Shown here: positions 18,830 to 31,593 of the stretch, one piece after another | Layout of the letters: every line of letters starts with the position of its first letter | Numbering within the stretch: position 1 is the stretch's first letter | Translations under genes and position numbers: made by a program | Notes under the pieces: model-generated | Seen by the model: only the letters and a program-made list of their open reading frames with translations | Told to the model about the DNA's origin: nothing | The model's database searches: none | Origin: Antedon mediterranea | Lineage: Eukaryota > Animalia > Echinodermata | DNA length: 64,000 bases | Direction: 5' to 3' | NCBI RefSeq assembly: GCF_964355755.1 | Contig: NC_092678.1 | Span: forward strand, 14,162,371 to 14,226,370

Positions 18830-21657
18830 AAAGTAATAATAAAAAAAAATTTAATTTCAACACAAGGCTCCTTTTGTGGTGACACGAGCCATATTTTCCT
18901 TTTATTATCCCTAACACAATGTTCTCGAAAAAAAAAATTGACCATAACGTGTCACTTTGTAAACTAAACGGTATACATTCTTTTAGTTATAGTTGTTCAC
19001 TAACACGATTTATTCGATAATGAACCCTAATTAAAAAAAAACAAACAAAAGTGTATTCGAAGTTATACTAAACGGTATATTAATAGAAGACAAAGTATTT
19101 GTTATCGATGAAGGGATAATGAAATTGATATTATTATAATTTAAACGGCGTGTTTAGTATTTTGTAGTCCTGATAACGAATACAATAAGTAGTTCGCCCT
19201 CTATTGACAAATAATATACCTGCGTTATACGCCGCGTGACAGACAATAATTATACTAGGCCTACTGTGTTTCTTAATGGGTATATTTTAGTTTTATTATA
19301 GAAGTTCTGTAACGCGATGTTGTCGATAAAGGGATAATGAATTGATAAAGGGATAATGAATTGATGATTGAGTGAGAAGTATAAGGAATGATCTAGAAGG
19401 TTATGAACATAATATTTTGTATAAGGGGATGTAGGCCTATGTTCTGTCTTGTGTGTAAACTGAATGCTTAAACATTGACGCACACTGCCATTGAGGTCGA
19501 AGTAATCATTGCATACGGATGCGTGTTACTGCTCTATCAAGATCAGGACTGCATTATTCACACACATAAAACACTGAGAGTAATAAAGAAAATCTATGCT
19601 TGATTGTTTTACACTCGAAAAATGTATTAGTATTTTGTAATAAAATAAAGGTAATTCAAATTGTCACATGATGCATTAATAAATTAATTAATGTTCATAA
19701 ACGTCCAAATACTAGTTTTCTAGCATTTGTATTAAAATAATGCCTGCTATCTGTCTATATAGCAGATATATTTTCATGTTTTGTTCTGCTCTGCATACGG
19801 GATGTGGGTGTGTGTGTGTGTGTGTCTTCTACTGACTGACTGACTGACGTTCACGATTTAACGTTACCGCTCCAAGAATTCAATACTACAATACATTGTT
19901 TGTTGTAATATTGATATTGCTATACCTTTCAATGTTCATAAATGTCAATATGCTGGTGTCTCCTATTCCATCTATCTTTGGTACAGTTCCTGAGGATGAG
20001 GATACTAAAGACTGGATGGGGATAGACAAAGGTTTTGACGGCGAGGATAGTTATTGAAAACGAAGAAGAATGTGTAAGAATTTGTATAGGCCTAATCATG
20101 ATCTAGAGTAGAAGTGAGTTATGTTAACAGATTGTGTGTGCTCAAAATAATCCATTAATCAAAATAATTATGCATTTTTAATTGTTGATTTTATATATGA
20201 AGATGATAATAAAATTGAAAGAAATTAAAGTGTATTCTTTATTCGTATTCATTGTTTAAGTGTGTAAAATTTCATGTAGATCCAGTAATAATAACTAATG
20301 GTATCCAATGCGAATGTGTTGTGGTTATTGAATAGAACCAATGTAATGGTCCACTGAACTTCAAAGGCTGCTTTCTAATTGTTGATAATCTATTGAATTC
20401 GGAAGTAATCTATTGAATTCGGAGGTGATTTGTTGAAATCGGGTCATATCTAATTGCCTTGAAAGAAATATAAAGCAAGTTACATATTTTTTTGGAAAGT
20501 TTAAAGAATGGAGATTAATATAATAATAATAATAATAAAATTTTAATTTCAACACAAGGCTCCTTTTGTGGTGACACTAGCCATATTTTCTTTTATTATC
20601 CCTAACACGATGTTCTCTAAAAAAAAATTGACCATAACGTGTCACTTTGTAAACTAAACGGTATACATTCTTTTAGTTATAGTTGTTCACTAACACGATT
20701 TATTCGATAATGAACCCTAATTAAAAAAAACAAATAAAAGTGTATTCGAAGTTATACTAAACGGTATATTAATAGAAGACAAAGTATTTGTTATCGATGA
20801 AGGGATAATGAAATTGATATTATTATAATTTAAACGGCGTGTTTAGTATTTTGTAGTCCTGATAACGAATACAATAAGTAGTTCGCCCCCTATTGACAAA
20901 TAATATACCTGCGTTATATGCCGCGTGACAGACAATAATTATAGGCCTATTGTGTTTCTAAATGGGTATATTTTAGTTTTATTATAGAAGCTCTGTAACG
21001 CGATGTTGTCGATAAAGGGATAATGAATTGATAAAAGGATAATGAATTGATGATTGAGTGAGAAGTATAAGGAATGATCTAGAAGGTTATGAACATAATA
21101 TTGTATAAGGCGATGTATGTTCTCTCTTGTGTGTAAACTGAATGCTTAAACATTGACGCACACTGTCATTGAGGTCGAAGTAATCATTGGATACGGATGC
21201 GTGTTACTGCTATATCAGGATCAGGACTGCATTATTCAAACACATAAAACACTGAGAGTAATAAAGAGAATCTATGCTTGATTGTTTTACACTCGAAAAA
21301 TGTATTAGTATTTTGTAATAAAATAAAGGTAATTCAAATTGTTACATGATGCATTAATAAATTAATTAATGTTCATAAACGTCCAAATACTAGTTTCCTA
21401 GAATTTGTATTAAAATAATGTCTGCTATCTGTCTATGTAGCAGATATATGTTCATGTTTCGTTCTGGTCTGCATACGGGATGTGTGTGTGTGTGTCTTCT
21501 ACTGACTGGCTGACGTTCACGATTTAACGTTACCGCTCCAAGAATTCAATACTACAATACATTGTTTGTTGTAATATTGATATTGCTATACCTTTCAATG
21601 TTCATAAATGTCAATATGCTGGTGCTTCCTATTCCATCTATCTTTGGTACAGTTCTT
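18830..21657. repeat. Tandem segmental duplication: ~18830-19990 repeated at ~20530-21657, including the 3' end of the AlkB-like gene
   Basis: Near-identical sequence from TTTAATTTCAACACAAGGCTCC to TCTTTGGTACAGTTC, offset about 1.7 kb. Confidence 0.92.
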
Positions 21658-22226
21658 GACCATTCATTGATTGTTTCAGAATTTATTACCAGCATCGAAC
21701 CGTGCTCCATTTTTATGTTCACAGGTTTAATGTTTTTGTTGGTGCGGTGTTCGAATCTACAGATTCTAGTAGGTCCCAGAGACATAATGCATACAGGACT
21801 TATTTTGCTCCTTTGTACATCATTAAGATAGCATTCCGCTGAATCCTCCGCTCTTGTCAAAGTTACCATATTGTAAAAATGACCAGTCGCAATGTGTATC
21901 CATTCACGCATTTCGAGTAGAAACTTTGGCCAGTAACACAGAGGACTTCTCGCTGTGTCGTCAATGTTTGTGTGAACTCCTATTTGGAATGACAACTCCA
22001 AATCACCGTACGCTGCACATCTAATGTGATCTACTTCAGTGATCACATCGCGTAACTTATATAGAGAATCGAATAAATGTGTTTTCCTACATTGTTTTAA
22101 AATAGTGTCTGCTATCAGTCTATGTAGCAGATGTACACGAACGCATTTCATGTTATCTTCCGGTCTGCATACGGTGTGTGAATGAAAGCCGAAATAAAAC
22201 TCATCTTCTGACTGGCTGACGTTCAT
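21552..22226 (-). CDS. AlkB/ALKBH2-3-like 2OG-Fe(II) dioxygenase fold protein, metal ligands apparently lost
   Basis: WPKFLLEMRE..H.ATG..YN.V, ISPVCIMSLGPTR..RF, I.MEHGSMLVI....NEWSRTVPK, LTF; HxD and distal His absent. Confidence 0.75.
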   Translation of the reverse strand: MNVSQSEDEFYFGFHSHTVCRPEDNMKCVRVHLLHRLIADTILKQCRKTHLFDSLYKLRDVITEVDHIRCAAYGDLELSFQIGVHTNIDDTARSPLCYWPKFLLEMREWIHIATGHFYNMVTLTRAEDSAECYLNDVQRSKISPVCIMSLGPTRICRFEHRTNKNIKPVNIKMEHGSMLVINSETINEWSRTVPKIDGIGSTSILTFMNIERYSNINITTNNVL

Positions 22227-22316
22227 GATTACTTTATTGCTACAAGAATTCACTACAACTTCCAATTAAAGTTTGAAACTAAAACTCCATACTGGTCGAT
22301 TTTTATACTTTGCGAT

Positions 22317-22749
22317 GAAGGTTAACTACACGCGTTGTCAACAAACAACGAAACCGATGAATGATTGTCGATTATACTGATGTGTATGTGTGGTGCGCGC
22401 TTTAAAATTCGTATTGAATATATCGTGCCTTCTCTTCCTCCTACCCGGCTTAATTTGCGTATGGTTTTCGAATGATGATCATGAAACACACAAACGGGTG
22501 TAATTCCATCGTTAGTTACTTTAGTGTTACTATAAAACCGTCTCGGCAATATGATGGAAATAAGCGTCACTGTCGGTAAATGTATACACCGGTCCCAAAG
22601 AGTCAGGGTCAATTACTTTTTTTTAAGAAATATGTTTAATGTGTATTATTATTATTATAGTTTAATATAAGCGTATTTTATAAATTTAATCTCCATTGAT
22701 TCTATCATCATATTTTAAAATCAAAATGCTATGTTTTAAATTCTATTTG

Positions 22750-22801
<52 letters not shown>

Positions 22802-23279
22802 TCCCTCTCCTTCTCTCCTTATTAATTTAGATTCGACTATGTAGAAACGGAATTTAATTTCCAAATTAAAACACTGCATTGTAACAATATTATAATCGGT
22901 CTGCTTTTCTTTTATCGATGATGACAATAGAAATAAGGGTAGGGCGTGTGTATGTATCACCGCCGGTCAGTGTACACACCAGGTCACAAAGCTTTAAAGA
23001 AATATTTTTAATTGTTATCCCGAATATGTGTGTTAGAGTAATTCGTTTTGATATATAATCATTTTGGTATACTAACAATTTGAACAAGCTGCCTCTACGC
23101 GCCTAGTCGTAAATCCAATCCTAGATTCTATATTTACCGATATTGCGCCCCCTATATAGTTTTTGATAAATTACTAATAATGTTATGGTATCGATAGATT
23201 GTAAGCCAGCTGAATGGTTAGTTCTTGAGTCTCGTAATGTAACGCTGTAGCATTAGGCTAGGGTTCGAGAATTGATTTG

Positions 23280-23332
<53 letters not shown>

Positions 23333-23809
23333 ATATTTGTTTTACTCACCATCTTCTTTATTGACCATAGTTAAGGTTAACTACACGCGATTTGTCAACA
23401 AACAACGAAACCGATGAATGATTGTCGATTACACTGATGTGTATGTGTGGTGCGCGCTTTTAAATTCGTATTGAATATATCGTGCCTCCTCTTCCTCCTA
23501 CCCGGCTTAATTTGCGTATGGTTTTCGCATGATGATCATGAAATACACAAACGGGTGTAATTCCATCGTTAGTTACTTTAGTGTTTCAATAAAACCGTCT
23601 CTGCAATATCATGGAAATAAGCGTCACTGTCGGTTAATGTATACACCGGTCCCAAAGAGTCAGGGTCAATTACTTTTTTTTTAGAAATATGTTTAATGTG
23701 TATTATTATTATTATAGTTTAATATATTAAGCGTATTTTATAAATTTCATCTCCATCGATTCTACCATCACATTTTAAAATCAAAATGCTATGTTTTAAA
23801 TTCTATCTA

Positions 23810-23841
<32 letters not shown>

Positions 23842-26800
23842 CTTCTCTGCTTATTAATTTGGATTCGACTATGTAGAAACAGAATTTAGATTCCAAATTA
23901 AAACACTGCATTGTAACAATATTATAATCGGTCTGCATTGCTTTTATCGATGATGACAATAGAAATAAGGGTAGGGCGTGTGCATGTATCACCGTCGGTC
24001 AGTGTACGCACCAGGTCACAAAGCTTTAAAGAAATATTTTTAATTGTTTTTCCGAATATGTGTGTTAGAGTAATTCGTTTCGATATATAATCATTTTGGT
24101 ATACTAACAATTTCAACCAGCTGCCTCTACGCGCCTAGTCGTAAATCCAATCCTATAGATTCTATATTTACCGATATTGCGCCCCTATATAGTTTTTGAT
24201 AAATTACTAATAATGTTATGGTATCGATAGATTGTAAGCCAACTGAATGGTTAGTTCTTGAGTCTCGTAATGTAACGCTGTAGCATTAGGCTAGGGTTCG
24301 AGAATTGATTTGATACATATATATATATATATTTTTAATATTTTTTTACTCACCATCTTCTTTATTGACCATAGTTAAGGTTAACTACACGCGATTTGTC
24401 AACAAACAACTAAACCGATGAATGATTGTCGATTACACTGATGTGTATGTGTGGTGCGCGCTTTTAAATTCGTATTGAATATATCGTGCCTCCTCTTCCT
24501 CCTACCCGGCTTAATTTGCGTATGGTTTTCGAATGATGATCATGAAATACACAAACGGGTGTAATTCCATCGTGAGTTACTTTAGTGTTTCAATAAAACC
24601 GTCTCTGCAATATGATGGAAATAAGCGTCACTGTCGGTAAATGTATACACCGGTCCCAAAGAGTCAGGGTCAATTACTTTTTTTTTAGAAATATGTTTAA
24701 TGTGTATTATTATTATTATAGTTTAATATAAGCGTATTTTATAAATTTCATCTCCATCGATTCTATCATCATATTTTAAAATCAAAATGCTATGTTTTAA
24801 ATTCTATCTAGGTTTCTCTCTCTCTCTCTCTCTCTCCCTCTCCTTCTCTCCTTATTAATTTGGATTCGACTATGTAGAAACGGAATTTAGATTCCAAATT
24901 AAAACACTGCATTGTAACAATATTATAATCGGTCTGCATTGCTTTTATCGATGATGACAATAGAAATAAGGGTAGGGCGTGTGCATGTATCACCGTCGGT
25001 CAGTGTACACACCAGGTCACAAAGCTTTAAAGAAATATTTTTAATAATTATCCCGAGTATGTGTGATAGAGTGATTCGTTTCGATATATAATCATTTTGG
25101 TATACTAACAATTTCAACCAGCTGCCTCTACGCGCCTAGTCGTAAATCCAATCCTAGATTGATATTTTGTTTTACTCACCATCTTCTTTATTGACCATAG
25201 TTAATGTTAACTACACGCGATTTGTCAACAAACAACTAAACCGATGAATGATTGTCGATTACACTGATGTGTATGTGTGGTGCGCGCTTTTAAATTCGTA
25301 TTGAATATATCGTGCCTCCTCTTCCTCCTACCCTGTTTAATTTGCGTAGAGTTTTCGCATGATGATCATGAAACACACAAACGGGTGTAATTCCATCGTT
25401 AGTTACTTTAGTGTTTCAATAAAACCGTCTCGGCAATATGATGGAAATAAGCGACACCGTCGGTAAATGTATACACCGGTCCCAAAGAGTCAGGGTCAAT
25501 TAATTTTTTTAATAAATATGTTTAATGTGTATTATTATTATTATTATTATTATAGTTTAATATATTAAGCGTATTTTATAAATTTCATCTCCATCGATTC
25601 TATCATTCGTTTCGATATATAATCATTTGGTATACTAACAATTTCAACCAGCTGCCTCTACGCGCCTAGTCGTGTGTCTGTATCACCGTCGGTCAGTGTA
25701 TACACCGGTCACCGGAACCGGTCACAAACCTTTAAAGAAATATTTTTAATTGTTGTCCCGAATATGTGTGATAGAGTAATTCATTTCGATATATAATCAT
25801 TTTGGTATACTAACAATTTGAACAAGCTTCCTCTACGCGCCTAGTCGTAAATCCAATCCTATAGATTCTATATTTACCGATATTGCGCCCCTATATAGTT
25901 TTTGATAAATTACTAATACTGTTAGGGTATCGATAGATTGTAAGCCAGCTGAATGGTTAGTTCTTGAGTCTCGTTATGTAACGCTGTAGCCTTAGGCTAG
26001 GGTTCGAGAATTGATTTGATACATATATATATTTTTTTAATATTTGTTTTACTCACCATCTTCTTTATTGACCATAGTTAAGGTTAACTACACGCGATTT
26101 GTCAACAAACAACTAAACCGATGAATGATTGTCGATTACACTGATGTGTATGTGTGGTGCGCGCTTTTAAATTCGTATTGAATATATCGTGCCTCCTCTT
26201 CCTCCTACCCTGCTTAATTTATGCGTATGGTTTTTGAATGATGATCATGAAACACACAAACGGGTGTAATTCCATCGTTAGTTACTTTAGTGTTTCAATA
26301 AAACCGTCTCTGCAATATCATGGAAATAAGCGTCACTGTCGGTAAATGTATACACCGGTCCCAAAGAGTCAGGGTCAATTAATTTTTTTAAGAAATATGT
26401 TTAATGTGTATTATTATTATTATAGTTTAATATATTAAGCGTATTTTATAAATTTCATCTCCATCGATTCTATCATCACATTTTAAAATCAAAATGCTAT
26501 GTTTTAAATTCTATTTAGGTTTCTCTCTCTCTCTCTCTCCCTCTCCTTCTCTCCTTGTTAATTTAGATTCGACTATGTAGAAACGGAATTTAATTTCCAA
26601 ATTAAAACACTGCATTGTAACAATATTATAATCGGTCTGCATTGTTTTTATCGATGATTACAATAGAAATGCGGGTAGGGCGTGTGCATGTATCACCGTC
26701 GGTCAGTGTACACACCAGGTCACAAAGCTTTAAAGAAATATTTTTAATTGTTATCCCGAATATGTGTGTTAGAGTAATTCGTTTTGATATATAATCATTT

Positions 26801-27014
26801 TGGTATACTAACAATTTCAACCAGCTGCCTCTACGCGCCTAGTCATAAATCCAATCCTAGATTCTATATTTACCGATATTGCGCCCCTATATAGTTTTTG
26901 ATAAATTACTAATAATGTTATGGTATCGATAGATTGTAAGCCAGCCGAATGGTTAGTTCTTGAGTCTCGTAATGTAACGCTGTAGCCTTAGGCTAGGGTT
27001 CGAGAATTGATTTG

Positions 27015-27057
<43 letters not shown>

Positions 27058-27850
27058 ATATTTCTTTTACTCACCATCTTCTTTATTGACCATAGTTAAG
27101 GTTAACTACACGCGATTTGTCAACAAACAACGAAACCGATGAATGATTGTCGATTACACTGATGTGTATGTGTGGTGCGCGCTTTTAAATTCGTATTGAA
27201 TATATCGTGCCTCCTCTTCCTCCTACCCTGTTTAATTTGCGTAGAGTTTTCGCATGATGATCATGAAACACACAAACGGGTGTAATTCCATCGTTAGTTA
27301 CTTTAGTGTTTCAATAAAACCGTCTCGGCAATATGATGGAAATAAGCGACACCGTCGGTAAATGTATACACCGGTCCCAAAGAGTCAGGGTCAATTAATT
27401 TTTTTAATAAATATGTTTAATGTGTATTATTATTATTATTATTATAGTTTAATATATTAGGCGTATTTTATAAATTTCATCTCCATCGATTCTATCATTC
27501 GTTTCGATATATAATCATTTGGTATACTAACAATTTCAACCAGCTGCCTCTACGCGCCTAGTCGTGTGTCTGTATCACCGTCGGTCAGTGTATACACCGG
27601 TCACCGGAACCGGTCACAAAGCTTTAAAGAAATATTTTTAATTGTTGTCCCGAATATGTGTGATAGAGTAATTCGTTTCGATATATAATCATTTTGGTAT
27701 ACTAACAATTTGAACAAGCTTCCTCTACGCGCCTAGTCGTAAATCCAATCCTATAGATTCTATATTTACCGATATTGCGCCCCTATATAGTTTTTGATAA
27801 ATTACTAATACTGTTAGGGTATCGATAGATTGTAAGCCAGCTGAATGGTT

Positions 27851-27852
<2 letters not shown>
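22317..27852. repeat. Array of ~6 tandem units of ~0.8-1.05 kb with internal (CT)n and (AT)n tracts and higher-order structure
   Basis: Unit anchor GTTAACTACACGCG recurs near 22320, 23375, 24380, 25205, 26082 and 27100. Confidence 0.97.
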
Positions 27853-27888
<36 letters not shown>

Positions 27889-27913
27889 GAAAATATAACT
27901 TCAAGTCAATGAT

Positions 27914-28101
27914 AACAACAGCGCGCTTCATTGTTAAGCATTCAGGTAGACCATCATGATAACAGCGCGCTTCATTGTTAAGCATTCAGGTAGACCATCA
28001 TGATAACAGCGCGCTTCATTGTTAAGCATTCAGGAAGACCATCATGATAATCAGCGCGCTTCATTGTTAAGCATTCAGGTAGACCATCATGATAACAGCG
28101 C
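27914..28101. repeat. 44-bp tandem repeat, ~4.3 copies
   Basis: AACAGCGCGCTTCATTGTTAAGCATTCAGGTAGACCATCATGAT at 27917, 27961, 28005, ~28049 and a partial copy at 28094. Confidence 0.95.
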
Positions 28102-28465
28102 GGCGCTTTATCGGAAAATTTTTCCTAGAATCGGTAGTATACATTTTTATTTTATTCGATGAGAAGTGTATAATAATTACGCGATGTTATTTCTTTCAGT
28201 AAACATACTATCTGTACATAATCATTATAAAGTGCGCGTTTATCAATGGTATTCTTGCATGTGTAATGATTAAAACAGAGAACGAGACGGCTAAATTTCA
28301 TTCGTTTTATTGGCAACACACACACACACAAAATATATATATAAAAAAACTCACACGTATACAATGTAATTTATATAAGACCATAAACATAATATGAATG
28401 CACGGGGGTATGGTATGAAATCATTTTTTTTTTTTTTTATATATACATATTTACATATTATTAGT

Positions 28466-31400
28466 TCATAACGTTTGTTTTGAGCACGTACACGGTGAAA
28501 GTTTCTTTTCACCAGTCTTGTAAACCAGTGGTCTGAATGCGTGCAGTTTGTCCTTTTCTATAATTGCATCTTCTACGAGTCTTATGTGGCGTAAATAAGT
28601 GTCCACGTCGTGTCCAAATCGTTCTCTCAGTTTAATCTCCGTACCATCGGACAACATTCTAATCCATGCTTTTCGTCGTTGAACGTGCGACGGTTCGGCT
28701 TCAAGAAATTGCGGTTCTTCTAACTTGAATCTTAATCTATCACGATCTACTACCTCGGTTGTTGGATTTCGAAGCGTTTGTGTCAGATACGGATTTTTAC
28801 ACTTGTGTACCGGTAGACTACCGCCGTTCTTTTCGGCCAATTGCTGAATGTCTAACGTCTGAAACACATCTCTTGTACTACGATCCACGTACATGATGGT
28901 TTTACGTTCAGTCATATTTTTAAACACGCACTTTTCCAATACACTCTTGATCATTGATTCGCCGGCTTTCACTTTGTAATGCTTACACGCGTCTTCCAAT
29001 GAATTCAACGTCAACAGATTTACGTGAAAGAATACGTTCGGTGGTGGTGTTTCCGAGATGATCGAAGAAGAATTGATCAAGTGTCTCAAGTCGTTTGTTA
29101 GCAAATTCACACCGTTTCTCAGCTCATCCGCCTCGAACTCGTCATTTACCAGAACGCGTATTCGATTACCTCGGCACGCGTTTTTATCTTCGAGCACAAC
29201 CTTTGTGCACAATTCGAGTATTTTTTTCAAACGTCTATGTTGTGGCAAAAAGACGCTAACGTGTACCATAAAGGCTCGAGCGTTCGACGTTTCCAATACC
29301 AATCTGCACGTGTGATCGTTGTTCATCACCGGCGGTGGCATCGGTAGTCTATCTCTGCTACCGTCATATGATCTGCATTTCAACACCCTTAAACTGTCGG
29401 CAATCTCTTTCACGTCAACACCGACCGCAATTGATCCGTTTTCGTCGCAGTCTCCAGTCACACACGATTGGATTGCGAGTTTCCTAACGTACGCCAGTCG
29501 GGTCTCGTGAAAATCTAAATTTATTTTTATCCAGTATCTTTCTTCGTTGGTAAACTTTTTCGGCACCGATCCTAGATAATTGATGCTGGATTTGGGATCT
29601 TGAGAGTTTGACTGGCCCCAGTACATATGTCGAGCGAAGACGGGCAAATGAGACAAGAAGCGTGCGGCTTGTGTAAGTTTTCCATTGAGCATAACGTATA
29701 TGTAATGTTTTCCCCTGTACTGTTTTGCATTGCACATTCCTGCCATCATCACGTCCGATATTTCACGGTACTCGTTCGCATGTGACGAAAGATGAGCTTC
29801 CGTTGCCTCGCTACATTTGAACAGAAGCTGTTTTTGTCCGTTATCGTCCATTTTTCGAAACAACTTACTCCGTCCACTGTGCATAGCCAACAATATTTCC
29901 TTACATTGTTTGCGAGCAACACCCGTTTTGCGCTCTAAAATGGACAGAAGCGCCTCTTCGCTCCTGCACGTCAATTCAAAGTAAGTTTCACCATCTCGAT
30001 GAACGGGATCATGAGAAGGATCAATCAACTGATCCGCTATCGTTCTCATGATGATCAGTTCGTTCTGTGGCATCGGACACATTAACGAAAATGCAAACAA
30101 AATATCAGCAGGATCCGGCTGCGCCTCGGACATTACCATGTCGTGTAGTCGCTTCATGTCCTGTTGCATCAGCCACCGTTGATGTTTGGCTATGATTCTT
30201 GAATTGAGACAACAAGTGTTCTCGTTCGGTAATCGAGGTGTATTGGCGTGCAGACTTTGTAACGGACAGCCGTTCACTTGAATCACTGCATTGTGAAAGG
30301 CGCACAAACGTGCCAGGTCGATGAGTTTATTGATGGTTCTAGTTTCTGTGGCGAATCCGAATCGGACTCCTTGCCTTTCCAATTCGACAGATATTCTATC
30401 GCAAGTCAACAGTAGCATACGATCGTCTTTGTACGAATCCCCTTCCGATCGACGTGGATACAGACCGCACTCTGCCAACCGTACATGTTCCATTACTTTG
30501 TGGCGCAGGGCGCCGAATTGCGTTCGAATTTTTAAACGATCCAATTCCTTCTCGTATCCCTCCATTTTCTTGGGCACGTTGACAACACCACTGGGTGCCA
30601 CGTCAAAAGTGACAACTCGTTCGTTTAACGAGTTACACAAGTTTTTTTCGTTCATGGCCATTATGGTGGCATTATCGCAAACGTTGATTACGGTTCGAAC
30701 ACCGTGTCGAGTGGTTCCCGTGTTCGGATCCGTTACCTTCTCGGTTCGTTCGGTGCGCGTACAGCCGGAATCGAGTTCCTCTTTCATTATTGCCGCTTCT
30801 TGACTGCTTTCAATTGACAACGGATTCTTATCGCTTTTAGATCCAGACGACGGTGGCACAAATTCGTTCATGAAGCGTTTTTTTTTTTAATTTTTGTACT
30901 TTCGCTCATTATCGACGAGCACGGCTTTCTGTGTTCGGTAAGTAACGTCGTCTGAGTAAGCGTTACCGATTACAGATTTAGCGGCTACCATCACAGACGT
31001 TTTACCCGTACCGGGAGGTCCTACCAGAATGGCGTGCATGGCCATCGCATCGTGTGGGCATACGATACGTATAGCCGACAGTAAAATGTACAAAAGTTCA
31101 CCTTTAGCGTTAGACACACCGGCCACATTACCTATCAGAGCCACCATGTTCAAAAGATATCGATAACCTATCGATATTTTCACGTCAGTTTCCTCTTCGT
31201 ATACGAATGGAACAAAACTGCCGTCACTGTGTCTAGACGCGTTCATACACCAACCCTTCATCTCGGTATCCCACATATCGGCATACGATTGCGTTATTAC
31301 TTCGCTCATTTGCACGTGTCTTCCCATATGCACTTGCGTGTACATGTCAAAGAAAATTTTGCCGACAGTCTTGTCACGGTATCTTTCCGGAGTCAATTGC

Positions 31401-31561
31401 AAGTTGTGAAAAATCTTTCTCATCATCACTATGCCCGGATTCTTTGCCGTGTATTTTTCACCGTATAAATGCCTATTAAGAAAAAAAAAAAAAACAAAAA
31501 AAAAAAACGAAAACAATTATAAATCAAAAGTAAAACACGCACACTACAATTTGTGTTGTGG

Positions 31562-31593
<32 letters not shown>

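Noticed and set aside
22322-27985. Short ORFs of 60-96 aa inside the 1-kb repeats as stand-alone genes
   Set aside because: Non-ATG starts, run through microsatellites, disrupted in variant units; only a spliced use remains possible
27914-28101. CRISPR-like array
   Set aside because: Units are contiguous with no unique spacers; eukaryotic context and no cas genes
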